Below are positions 26,728 to 38,802 of a DNA stretch of 64,000 nt, one piece after another (the stretch's first letter is position 1; the number at the start of each line of letters is the position of its first letter). Both the position numbers and the translations under genes were made by a program. The DNA comes from Candidatus Altimarinota bacterium (GTDB lineage: Bacteria; Patescibacteriota; Gracilibacteria; UBA4473): positions 60,202-124,201 of the forward strand of contig JABAZT010000020.1 in the NCBI GenBank assembly GCA_018608565.1. Direction: 5' to 3'. The notes beneath the pieces were generated by a model. That model saw only the letters and a program-made list of their open reading frames with translations, had not been told where the DNA came from and did no database searches.

Positions 26728-27167
26728 CGTGAATTAGAGTTAGGGCTATTAGAGAGGTGAGCCATGAAATCACTCATAAGAACTCCAGACACTGTTTTTT
26801 GATGACTTCCATCTGCTTCAAAAAATATCCCTGTATGCTTGACGGTTACGCCATAGGTTCTTCGTAATTCTAGCTCTGTATCAAAATCGGCTATGAGAAT
26901 TGCTGTGTTTTTTGGCAAAATTTGCTGATTTGAAGTGATTTGTTCAGCAAGACGCTTACATCCAGGACACCAACTTGCTCCTGCGAATACAGCAAATTTA
27001 TTACCTGATTTTTTCAAAGATTCCAACCTGTCGGCAGAATAGTTCTCCGCATATCCATGAGCCTTGCTTTTGATGGCAATTGATGACTGGTTTGATGTTG
27101 AAGTAGTGCTTTCTGTTCCACAGCCAGTAAAGATAAGAACGGTTAAGATTAATAGTAAGTATTTCAT
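26724..27167 (-). CDS. thioredoxin-fold lipoprotein (TlpA-like)
   Basis: 147 aa with lipobox 'LIFTGC' and active site 'WCPGC'. Confidence 0.75.
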   Translation of the reverse strand: MKYLLLILTVLIFTGCGTESTTSTSNQSSIAIKSKAHGYAENYSADRLESLKKSGNKFAVFAGASWCPGCKRLAEQITSNQQILPKNTAILIADFDTELELRRTYGVTVKHTGIFFEADGSHQKTVSGVLMSDFMAHLSNSPNSNSR

Positions 27168-27238
27168 ATAAAAGGTGGTTATAATAGTTAAAAGAATAAG
27201 GGGCAGAAAAAGATTCTGCCCGAGTACATATAGCTATA

Positions 27239-27568
27239 TTAAGATTCTTCCTTGAGGGTGAAGTTATAAATTCCTGTACTAATCACTCCGAAAAGAAAAA
27301 ATAATATAAATACTAGTAAAATTCCAAAGAGATCCATAGAAAAAGGAACATGAGGACTAAATATCGATGAAATATCAAAACCATGTAAAAGTAGGTTTAT
27401 CAGTCCTGTATATGCACGATCAGTCATCATGAGGACAAGAAGAATTGAAAGAATATAAAACAAGCTTCCTGTAGTCCCTAATGCAAAGCCAAACTGAAAA
27501 GAATTAATTTTTTTCATTTTTAATTTAGATGTGAGTAATACTGAAACGCTATTGAAGCATTTGATCAA
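27239..27568 (-). CDS. small membrane protein
   Basis: 109-aa ORF with likely start at M18 (about 27517) and 2-3 TM helices. Confidence 0.4.
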   Translation of the reverse strand: MIKCFNSVSVLLTSKLKMKKINSFQFGFALGTTGSLFYILSILLVLMMTDRAYTGLINLLLHGFDISSIFSPHVPFSMDLFGILLVFILFFLFGVISTGIYNFTLKEES

Positions 27569-28328
27569 TTTGCCCTTTTATCTGTGCAAAAGGGAGTGCG
27601 CCAGGTACGAATGAAATATCACCTGTTTTGTTATTTACGATAAAACTTCCTGGAGTACCAGTTACACCTGCTTTCGCTCCTTCTGCCATATCTTTTTTCA
27701 CTTTGGCAACAAATTTTTCTGATTCATAACACTCATTAAAAGCTCCAACATCCACCCCAATCTGCTGTGCAAGTACTGGAAGTTGGTTTGCATCAAGCCC
27801 CCCGTTGGATTTGGTTGTTTCGTAGACTAGATCTGTATATTCCCAAAATTTATCACCTCCTGCTATATCTCCTACACACTCAACGGCAGCCGCTTCTTGA
27901 GTAGCAAGAGGATCATGAAATCCAAGTGGGAAATGTCGATAGACCCAATTTACTTGTTCTTTATACTCTTCCATAACCTCCTTCATGGTGTTATGAAATC
28001 TCTTACAGTAAGGACACTCAAAATCAGAATATTCAATGATCGTGACAGGTGCATCAGGATTTCCTCTTACATATTCCCCATCCGTTTCTTTTTTAAGGTT
28101 CTTCTGAGCCATCTCTTGTTGGGCTTTTTCTTTCTCGATTTGTGCTTGTTGAGATTTTTTCTGCTGTTCCTGTGCATATTTTTCCATTGCAGCGCCTAGG
28201 TCCTCCTGAGAAAGCTCTCCTCCCTTGCTACCTCCCATCTGAAGTCCTAAAAACACAAGAGATCCAGTGATTAAAAGAGTAGCAAAAATAATGCTGTAAA
28301 TAAGATTGTTGTTTGATTTATCTGACAT
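27549..28328 (-). CDS. membrane-anchored DsbA-family thiol:disulfide oxidoreductase
   Basis: 259 aa. N-terminal TM, Q/E-rich linker, 'FECPYC' CxxC motif and 'GTPGSFI' cis-Pro loop region. Confidence 0.8.
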   Translation of the reverse strand: MSDKSNNNLIYSIIFATLLITGSLVFLGLQMGGSKGGELSQEDLGAAMEKYAQEQQKKSQQAQIEKEKAQQEMAQKNLKKETDGEYVRGNPDAPVTIIEYSDFECPYCKRFHNTMKEVMEEYKEQVNWVYRHFPLGFHDPLATQEAAAVECVGDIAGGDKFWEYTDLVYETTKSNGGLDANQLPVLAQQIGVDVGAFNECYESEKFVAKVKKDMAEGAKAGVTGTPGSFIVNNKTGDISFVPGALPFAQIKGQIDQMLQ

Positions 28329-28382
28329 AGTAAAAATACTTAAAGAAATAATTGACGTTTAACATTGTGTGCGAAAATATTT

Positions 28383-28814
28383 TCAAAGCCTCATTACTAC
28401 GGTTTTTGCAATTATTGAGACCCAAGGATCTGGTCTTTTTATAGTGATGATTATAGGTTTTTCATTCACCAGATAATTTTGATTCTGGTTTTTGATAACA
28501 AGACTCTCTCTTGGCTCTGGTGAATCCTTTAGATACTCTTCTTCTTTATTCTGACTATTCGCAAGATTCATATTCCATGCCTTATCAGTAATCTGGCACA
28601 TACTACACTCTTCAGAATGATGGTGTCCCATCTCGTGACAAGGAGTATCCATCTGATGCGGGATTGCATAACAACTCAAACAACCAAGGGTAAGGAGGTT
28701 TACGAGTAATATGAGAACGGAACTAGCCCAGCGAAATACCTTCATGTACCACCATATTAAGCATGAGAGAAATTGGGGCAAATTATAGCGATCTAAAAGA
28801 ATTATTGTTCTCAA
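28383..28814 (-). CDS. His/Cys-rich putative metal-binding lipoprotein
   Basis: 143-aa ORF with likely start 'MKVFRW' (about 28745). Lipobox-like 'LTLGC' and 'CHEMGHHHSEECSMC'. Confidence 0.45.
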   Translation of the reverse strand: MRTIILLDRYNLPQFLSCLIWWYMKVFRWASSVLILLVNLLTLGCLSCYAIPHQMDTPCHEMGHHHSEECSMCQITDKAWNMNLANSQNKEEEYLKDSPEPRESLVIKNQNQNYLVNEKPIIITIKRPDPWVSIIAKTVVMRL

Positions 28815-29050
28815 GAAAAATAGAATCGCCTTACTAAATAGGTCTCTAGGGAAAGATTAACTATGAAAAACCTTCCCAGAATTCGAGAACGGATTTTTAA
28901 ATCAGAGAGGATAAAGCACTATTTTAACCATTATAGAGTTAAACAGTGAATAAAAAAGCCCAAACAAGCTGTATTAAATCTGTTTTGAAGCAAATTTAAT
29001 GCCCCCCTATACCTAATATAAACGACCCGAAAACAGATGATTTAGGATTA

Positions 29051-29102
29051 TTTCAACGAGTTAACAGAGGACACTATTAAACGAATAGGATTAAAAACTA
29101 CT
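29051..29102 (+). repeat. direct repeat, right copy
   Basis: Identical 36-mer at 29051-29086, with the shared extension to 29102. Ends about 50 nt before the first ATG of the next gene. Confidence 0.85.
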
Positions 29103-29117
29103 TTAATTGTTCTTTCG

Positions 29118-30050
29118 TTGAGAAAAATCAAAAGATATACTAGGTTCTATTATATGAAAGAACTATTTCAAACATACCGACCGGGAAGAGACCGAGCTCA
29201 GATAATATCTCGAGCGGAAGATGTGCTACAAAGCTATCAACGACAAGGTTATAAGCTATCCCTCAGACAGTTGTATTATCAGCTAGTAGCTAAAAATCAC
29301 ATTGAAAACTCTGATCGTTCATACAAAATACTCTCTGAGACGATCATGAGAGCGAGAAATGGAGGTCTAATCGACTGGGACTCCATTGAAGATCGAACTC
29401 GAGGAATACGCCAACCAGCTAAGGTTGACGGATTTTCTCAGGCATTGACCAAGACAATGATGAATTATCGACTCGATAGAATGAAAGGACAAGACTACTA
29501 TTTAGAGGTTTGGATCGAAAAAGATGCTGTATCTAATATTGTCTACCGTGTTACCCAAAAGTATGGGATACCTCTAATGGCTAACAAGGGCTACAGTTCT
29601 GCGAGTGCTATGTATGAAGCCCAACAACGATTCAAGAATAAACTGTCAGATAATCCAGCAGAAAATAGGACTTCTAAGGTTTTATATCTTGGGGATCATG
29701 ATCCATCGGGGATGGATATGTTTCGTGATATTACTCAAAGAAATAGGCTTTTTAACGGTTATACTTTTTTTGAACGATTGGGGCTTAACATGGATCAGAT
29801 AGAGGACTTAAAACCACCAGAAAATCCTGCTAAGCTGAAAGATACTAGAGCAAAAGAGTACATAAAAGAGTTTGGACGATCTAGCTGGGAATTAGATGCC
29901 CTTACCCCAAACTACCTAGAAACACTCTTAGAGAATGCGATTTTACAGCATATAGACATAGGTAAATACAACGGGGTACTTGAAGAAGAAAAACAGGACA
30001 AGGCTCGGATGAGCGAAATAATAAAAAAGAACGAAGAAGAGGCTCTGTAG
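29118..30050 (+). CDS. stand-alone Topo VI-A / Spo11-like protein (5Y-CAP + Toprim), Mini-A-like
   Basis: The track ORF starts at TTG; the first ATG is at 29154 (298 aa). Motifs: 'LSLRQLYYQLV' (R-x-x-Y-Y), 'VWIEKDAV' (Toprim Glu), 'LGDHDPSGMDM' (DxDPxG). Confidence 0.6.
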   Translation: MRKIKRYTRFYYMKELFQTYRPGRDRAQIISRAEDVLQSYQRQGYKLSLRQLYYQLVAKNHIENSDRSYKILSETIMRARNGGLIDWDSIEDRTRGIRQPAKVDGFSQALTKTMMNYRLDRMKGQDYYLEVWIEKDAVSNIVYRVTQKYGIPLMANKGYSSASAMYEAQQRFKNKLSDNPAENRTSKVLYLGDHDPSGMDMFRDITQRNRLFNGYTFFERLGLNMDQIEDLKPPENPAKLKDTRAKEYIKEFGRSSWELDALTPNYLETLLENAILQHIDIGKYNGVLEEEKQDKARMSEIIKKNEEEAL

Positions 30051-30403
30051 GTGAAAGGGGGGGCGATAGTAAGAGCTATCTAAGTCTCTCTTCTATCTCT
30101 TTCTCCATTACTAAGCTCTTTTTTAATATCTATAGCTCCCTTATAAGGCTCTTTGACCTATTGAGGTTCAATTCAAGGGGATGCTAGCACTAAAGAATCA
30201 AGAAAATCCTTATTTTATAAGGACATTCTTTTCAACTACTTTGTATCTACGGATCATCAAATACCGATCACCATGCCACTCTTTTTCTCTCTGCATCTGA
30301 TACTGGGCATGAAAGATGTAGAGGTTCTGTTTACTTGGGGTTGTATTACCACATCGTCATAACCTAGATGAAGTTTTATACTTCGTCTTTTTTATAAAAC
30401 ATC

Positions 30404-31024
30404 TCACCATATAAACATTCCATACCAGAGATTAGCCAATACCTCTCTCCAAAAAAAGTAATCCTCCTTCCAATACCGACCATAGTGATACTCTGCTGCA
30501 TGCAACTCAAAAGAATCATCTAAAAACTTCCATCCCAACAACCGAATCCTCGCTAAATGAAAATCATTAGACACCAATACAAAGTCTATTTCATTCTTTT
30601 CATCTATCCAAGAACGATCCACTACCTCTTTCAAATCATTAATAGTTGCCAAAGTTTTAACTCCTTCATAGTCCAAAACAAGATCCTTCTCGGGAATGCC
30701 AACCTCCAGTGCCAATTTCTTCATCACATCCGTCTCATGAGCTCCCTGAGTCGAAGCTCCACCAGAAAACACCAGACAGTCCACCTGATCGTTTTGATAG
30801 AGTTTCAGAGCCGTAACAGTCCGATCATAGAGTGCATGAGATGGAACATCATCTCTCCACACCGCCGCCCCAAAAACAACTGCACAATCAGCCTTCCCTA
30901 CAAAAGATTCATCATAATGACTCAATACCCAAAAAACAGAAATTCCTATCAAAATCACTCCCCCCAACAAACTCAAAATACTCAACTTCAGCAAGACCTT
31001 CATATTTACATTGTCTCCAAACAA
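30404..31024 (-). CDS. DUF218 (SanA/YdcF/ElyC-like) membrane-anchored protein
   Basis: 206 aa. N-terminal TM, then 'DCAVVFGAAVW...PSHALYDRT...LVFSGG...HETDVMK...VSNDFHLAR'. Confidence 0.7.
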   Translation of the reverse strand: MFGDNVNMKVLLKLSILSLLGGVILIGISVFWVLSHYDESFVGKADCAVVFGAAVWRDDVPSHALYDRTVTALKLYQNDQVDCLVFSGGASTQGAHETDVMKKLALEVGIPEKDLVLDYEGVKTLATINDLKEVVDRSWIDEKNEIDFVLVSNDFHLARIRLLGWKFLDDSFELHAAEYHYGRYWKEDYFFWREVLANLWYGMFIW

Positions 31025-31051
31025 AACTATGAAGCAATTAATTAGTGTAGC

Positions 31052-31246
31052 CTAATCATTCCTCCGTTCCTTTACCACCTCTAAAACAATCAATATCCCA
31101 GTCACTAAAACCACCATCCCAACAACAGCTCTTCCTCGATCAAAAGACAGCCCAAGAACAGGATCTTTCAGTAAATCTACAATATTATTGAACTCCTCAA
31201 TGGATAACATTATATTCACAAATAAACCAGAAAAGAAAAAAATCAA
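31052..31246 (-). CDS. small hypothetical membrane protein
   Basis: 64-aa ORF with hydrophobic ends. Confidence 0.3.
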   Translation of the reverse strand: MIFFFSGLFVNIMLSIEEFNNIVDLLKDPVLGLSFDRGRAVVGMVVLVTGILIVLEVVKERRND

Positions 31247-31345
31247 ATCATTATCTTAACCAAAATGAAATACATCACTCTAAACTAAAAGAAAAGGGCC
31301 CTAAAGCCCTCTAATATTTACTTCATAACACATCATACTTTCCGA

Positions 31346-33715
31346 TTATTTCTTCTTCGCCGCTTTTCGTCTTGGCTTCGCAGCCGGGGCTTCTTTGATA
31401 ATCTTCTGACAAGCCTCTAGATCCAATTCTTCAGGTTTTTCAATATCCTTTGGAATTCTTACATTCTTTTTATCATGTTTGATATAGATCCCATATGGAC
31501 CACGTAATAGACTAATTTTTTCTTCTGGCCATTCAGCCACAAAACGTTTGGCATCCGCTTCTTTTTTATCCTTCAAAAGTTCTAACGCTCTTTCAAGCGT
31601 AACACTCGATGGATCATCCCCAGGAATCTCATTTCCATCCTCATCCTCTGTTTTCTTTTTCAGAGAAGCATAGGTTTTTCCTTCTTTCACATACGGACCA
31701 AATTTCCCCAATCCAACAGAAATTTCTTCTCCTTCTGGAGATTTCCCCAATAGCTTTGGAAACTTAAACTGCTCCATCGCCACCTCAAACGTAATAGACT
31801 CAATCGTCTCACCATCTGGAATAGAAGCAAACTTTGGTTTATCTTCATCATCCTTGGTCCCAATCTGGATCATCGCCCCAAATCGTCCAAGTCGAGCAAT
31901 CACAGGTTTCCCAGACTTAGGATCTGTTCCCAACTCTCGTTGTCCACTCGCAGTAGATCTATCTATACCACCAGATTCAACCACAAGGGAGTGAAATCCT
32001 TTATAAAAATCCCCAATCATCTTATTCCACTTTGTTTTTCCTTCTGCAATATTATCAAACTCTTCTTCCACTTTCCGTGTAAATCCATAATCCACAACTT
32101 CAGCAAAATGCTCAACCAAGAAATCATTTACAATCGATCCCGTATCGGTTGGAAAAAGCTTATTTTTCTCCGCTCCAAAATTTTCCTTCACCGTTTCTTC
32201 CGAAATAGTATCCGGAACCAACGTCAATGTTCGCACATCTCGCTTCTCCGCATCTTTTCCTCGTTTTTCGACATAACCTCTATCTTGAACCGTAGAGATC
32301 GTAGGCGCGTACGTAGATGGACGACCAATCCCTCGTTTTTCCAGTTCTTTTACAAGACTCGCCTCCGTATATCTGGCAGGAGGCCGAGCATAGGTTTCTC
32401 GAGATACCATTTCTGTTAGATCCAATTTTTGACCTTCGTTCAATGGCGGAAGCATTTTTTCTTCTCCCTTTCCATCCTCCTCTTCCTCTTCATCATCATT
32501 TCCTTCTAGATACACCTTGAGAAATCCATCAAATTTCAACACTTCTCCTTGTGCCACTAGATTTTCCTCAACCGTAGAGATACCAATAGTCGCCACTGTT
32601 TTCTCCAGCTTTGCCTGAGCCATCTGTGACGCAATCGCTCGCTTCCAAATAAGTTCATAGAGTCGTTGATGATTTCGTTCTCCATCCACCGCCGATTTTG
32701 CAAAATCAGTAGGTCGGATCGCTTCATGTGCTTCTTGTGCATCTCCTGACTTCGTCTTATATTTTCTAATTTCGAGATACTCCGATCCATAGCTTTTCTC
32801 TATCTCTATTTTGGCTTGATCCAGTGCCGTATCCGAAAGATTTACCGAATCAGTTCTCATATAGGTAATGTGACCTCCTTCATACAGTTTCTGTGCCACG
32901 CTCATGGTTTGCTTTACCGAAAATCCAAGCTTACGAGACGCTTCTTGTTGGAGCGTAGAAGTCGTAAACGGAGCCGCAGGACTCTTCTTTGCTGGTTTCG
33001 TCTCCAGTGCATCTACCGTAAAATCAGCCCCCACCACACTCTCAAGCCAAGACTTAGCCGTATCATAATTATCAAATTTTTTCGGAAGTTCCGCTTTCAG
33101 TATTACCTTCTTCCCAAGATCAAAATGAGCCACAACCTTAAAACTAGAAACACGATCAAATCCTTGGATTTCTCGTTCTCGTTCTACGATCAGACGAACC
33201 GTCACAGACTGAACTCGTCCAGCCGAGAGACCTCCTTTTATCTTCTGCCAGAGCACCGGACTGAGCTCATATCCAACCAGTCGATCCAACACTCGTCGAG
33301 CTTGCTGTGCATCCACCATATCCATATCTACAAGACCAGGATTTTTGATCGCATCCGTCACTCCTTTTTTGGTTACCTCACGATAGACAATTCGTGCCGT
33401 CTTCTTTTCATCCAATTTCAAAGCCTTACATAGGTGCCACGCAATGGCTTCTCCTTCACGATCGGGATCTGCTGCGAGCCATACTTTATCTACCTTTTTT
33501 GCGGCAGCCTTGAGTTCATTGACGACTTTCTTCTTATCGTCAGTAACGACATAAGTAGGTTCAAATCCATTTTCAATATCGATCGACATATCTTTCTTCG
33601 GAAGATCCCGAATATGCCCATAACTAGATTTCACAATATAGTCCTTCCCAAGATATTTTTCCAACGTCTTAGCCTTAGCCGGAGACTCCACGATAACGAG
33701 ATTTTTTGCACTCAT
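31346..33715 (-). CDS. topA: DNA topoisomerase I
   Basis: 789 aa. 'LVIVESPAKAKTLEKYLG...SSYGHIRDLP' and 'ITYMRTDS'. C-terminal Cys-less repeats ('LGRFGAMIQIG', 'GKFGPYVKEG', 'GPYGIYIKH') and a Lys-rich tail. Confidence 0.95.
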   Translation of the reverse strand: MSAKNLVIVESPAKAKTLEKYLGKDYIVKSSYGHIRDLPKKDMSIDIENGFEPTYVVTDDKKKVVNELKAAAKKVDKVWLAADPDREGEAIAWHLCKALKLDEKKTARIVYREVTKKGVTDAIKNPGLVDMDMVDAQQARRVLDRLVGYELSPVLWQKIKGGLSAGRVQSVTVRLIVEREREIQGFDRVSSFKVVAHFDLGKKVILKAELPKKFDNYDTAKSWLESVVGADFTVDALETKPAKKSPAAPFTTSTLQQEASRKLGFSVKQTMSVAQKLYEGGHITYMRTDSVNLSDTALDQAKIEIEKSYGSEYLEIRKYKTKSGDAQEAHEAIRPTDFAKSAVDGERNHQRLYELIWKRAIASQMAQAKLEKTVATIGISTVEENLVAQGEVLKFDGFLKVYLEGNDDEEEEEDGKGEEKMLPPLNEGQKLDLTEMVSRETYARPPARYTEASLVKELEKRGIGRPSTYAPTISTVQDRGYVEKRGKDAEKRDVRTLTLVPDTISEETVKENFGAEKNKLFPTDTGSIVNDFLVEHFAEVVDYGFTRKVEEEFDNIAEGKTKWNKMIGDFYKGFHSLVVESGGIDRSTASGQRELGTDPKSGKPVIARLGRFGAMIQIGTKDDEDKPKFASIPDGETIESITFEVAMEQFKFPKLLGKSPEGEEISVGLGKFGPYVKEGKTYASLKKKTEDEDGNEIPGDDPSSVTLERALELLKDKKEADAKRFVAEWPEEKISLLRGPYGIYIKHDKKNVRIPKDIEKPEELDLEACQKIIKEAPAAKPRRKAAKKK

Positions 33716-33739
33716 ATGTTTCTATATTTATTAAAGGGG

Positions 33740-33772
33740 AAATAAAAAGCTCCCCGTACTCTAAGGGGAGCT
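33740..33772 (-). terminator. rho-independent terminator just upstream of topA
   Basis: Stem 'agctcccc/ggggagct' (8 bp), followed on the minus strand by 'tttttattt'. Confidence 0.55.
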
Positions 33773-33914
33773 ATCAAAAGCCTAACAATGCTTTGATCAA
33801 ACAAATTCCCTCTTAGTGTTCCAAGCCATACTAGGCAGGAGTAAAAAGGATTCAAATGAAAGAGTTATTTATTACGTAAAAAGACTCTAACTCAAAAGAA
33901 AACAAATATTACGA

Positions 33915-34154
33915 CTATTCACTTCCAACCTCCAATACAGATTGTCTCATATAATTTCTTATATCTAGAACGTGATGGGCAGGTACATCTGTATTTCCGG
34001 TATCAGCTTGTTCCAATAAACAAGCATCACATTCACATCCAACCTCTACCTCATTTTCATTCATATCAACTGAAGCATTAAATGTTTCCCCCCCACTATC
34101 TTGATTTATATATCGAGCTGATTTCAGAACCGGTTGAAAGAGTACAAATTTCAT
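33915..34154 (-). CDS. small hypothetical protein
   Basis: 79-aa ORF with a 'CECDAC' motif. Confidence 0.35.
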   Translation of the reverse strand: MKFVLFQPVLKSARYINQDSGGETFNASVDMNENEVEVGCECDACLLEQADTGNTDVPAHHVLDIRNYMRQSVLEVGSE

Positions 34155-34327
34155 AGATCTATGTATTAAAGTAAGATGTTTTTAATTTATTTTAAGGATT
34201 TGTCAAATTTAAATAAAATGTTAACACATAACTAATACAAATTCTGATACAAATCACAAATAAAAAGATTCAGAAACAATTAATGTAACCAAATCTTAAA
34301 ATAACCTTAAACAAAAACTCAAAACAT

Positions 34328-34585
34328 CTAGGCACTTACTAAGTCTCGAGTAAATCGTTCCTGAACTTGAGCCGAAAGAGAAGACTCAAAAACAATCTGT
34401 TCTCCTTGATACCGAGCCACTAGACGATCAAAACGTTTCCAGTAACTCATATCCTTCGAATGAACAAATAACAGAAAACGTGATCGAAATTCTTCGATGC
34501 TTCCAACCCCATCCAGATTGATAAAAGGAGTTAGATCTTGCTCATTAAGGGTAGTAGTTGTAATCGAAGCGTAAGTAGTAGACAT
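34328..34585 (-). CDS. small hypothetical protein
   Basis: 85-aa ORF. Confidence 0.35.
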   Translation of the reverse strand: MSTTYASITTTTLNEQDLTPFINLDGVGSIEEFRSRFLLFVHSKDMSYWKRFDRLVARYQGEQIVFESSLSAQVQERFTRDLVSA

Positions 34586-34895
34586 AAATCTGGTTAAAAA
34601 AATCAGATCATTATAGCAGATTTTAATACAAAAAACAACGCCTCAAAATATAATAAATAACACCTCCAGAGAAGCTCCTAAATCTCAAAATGGTATTATT
34701 CCTTAACTTTAAACACAAAAAGAATCCTATAGCTAAAAAAAGAGAGTTTAGCACAAACAAGAAGATAAAAGCCCTAAAAAAAATCATCTTTCAATCAAAA
34801 ACGAGGAAAAAAAATAAATCAAAAATAAAAACCCTTCAAACTCAAAAAAACATCCATTAAATAAATAATGAATGCTTAGAATTGATAACTAAAAA

Positions 34896-35023
34896 GACTT
34901 CGTGTTGATCTCGACCTACTCTCCCAGGATAACTCCAAGTACCATCGGCGCTAGCGGGCTTAACTTCTGTGTTCGGGATGAGAACAGGTGTACCCCCACT
35001 GCTACTAAGATCAACACGAAGCC
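34896..35023 (-). rRNA. rrf: 5S rRNA (ends approximate; includes an extended terminal helix)
   Basis: The reverse complement contains '...ccgaacacagaagttaagcccgctagcgccgatggtacttgg...cctgggagagtaggtcg...'. Terminal helix is 'cttcgtgttgatc/gatcaacacgaag'. Confidence 0.85.
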
Positions 35024-35171
35024 TTTTTAGACGTTCGGTGACATAAGGTTCATGTAAACAACCATCTTTTTTTATCTCTCAAAGAGAGATGAAGTAAAGA
35101 ATATAAAAACTTGCAAAGATATCGTTTTCTTAAGCTTGCTCTTCCAGCAAAATATTAAGCATGAAAGAAAA

Positions 35172-38056
<2,885 letters not shown>

Positions 38057-38304
38057 ATTTCATACTTAAAGCCTGCTAAAAGAAGCAAGCTCAAGAAAAC
38101 TCAGTTTTGTAGACTTCTAAGGAACAAAGAAGTTCTACAGGTTTAATTGCAAATTTTTACGCTAAGAGATTTTTTACAATCTCTAGTAAATTTTGGAAAG
38201 ATATAATTAATTTTGAATTAATTAGACTTATTTTAATTTGTTTGTTGTTTACACAAACCGATCTGTCAAAGAACTTTTTCGCCTCTGTTGGAGAGGCTCG
38301 GCAG

Positions 38305-38332
38305 ACATTAGTCACCCACACATTTATGTCAA
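38305..38332 (-). promoter_or_regulatory. candidate rRNA promoter
   Basis: On the minus strand: TTGACA (38332-38327), 16-nt spacer, TAATGT (38310-38305). About 250 nt upstream of the 23S 5' end. Confidence 0.3.
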
Positions 38333-38802
38333 ACTCTTTTTAGGACTTTTTTTAGAGAATCCACTCACTCTTTTCAGGAACCTTTTTGTAGACTCATTTT
38401 CGTAAATCTCAATATTTTGAATATCCCCTATTCCCTATTCACTATATAAGCAATCACAAAACCAAGGTCATCCAAAACACATCCCATTCTATTGAAAATA
38501 TTAGCTCTTCGGTTCTTATAAAAAGAAAGATTAAAATCTCAATCATACAAAAAACTAAAACACATCTATTATCCAGAAACAAACAACCCACTCTTATCCA
38601 TCACCATCCAACACAGATACAACTATTCGTCCTCAAGGACACTACAAGGTCAAAGCCATCATCAGGACACGCCATCCTTAAATCAAATAATCTCTATTAA
38701 TTACTAGCAAACTCAAAGAACCTCATCCTCAACAAGAACCCCACGCAAAAAAAATCCAATAAAAGTAAGGATTTAAACAAAAGTGAACATAACCTTCAAA
38801 GA

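Larger units (their letters stand above)
17826..30403. mobile_element. putative integrative genomic island adjacent to tRNA(CAT); right boundary uncertain
   Basis: Serine recombinase abutting the tRNA, XRE-ImmA regulator, tyrosine recombinase, a direct-repeat-flanked cargo cassette, and a Topo VI-A-like gene. Visibly lower GC (spot count 21/60 at 21961 vs 27/60 at 39601). No phage structural genes. Confidence 0.45.

Noticed and set aside
30160-30195. 'ctttg...ggttcaattcaagg' as a displaced tRNA 3' fragment marking the island's right end (attR).
   Set aside because: Only 9 contiguous nt ('gttcaattc') match the tRNA T-arm, with non-colinear flanks. That is too weak, and serine recombinases need no long duplication. 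The right boundary is left undefined.
31940-33745. Long antisense ORFs opposite topA (159, 205 and 103 aa), and similar ones opposite the PKD, fba and large ORFan genes (e.g. 10055..10522, 42156..42617, 54069..54530, 63439..63975).
   Set aside because: They have low-complexity, basic, Ser/Arg/Ile-rich compositions typical of the antisense frame of real genes. All are fully nested in well-supported CDSs.
38057-38802. A 16S rRNA gene or a decayed protein gene upstream of the 23S.
   Set aside because: No 16S hallmark sequences are present. Translation in all frames gives only short stop-ridden segments without a start. Treated as a non-coding leader (see finding).
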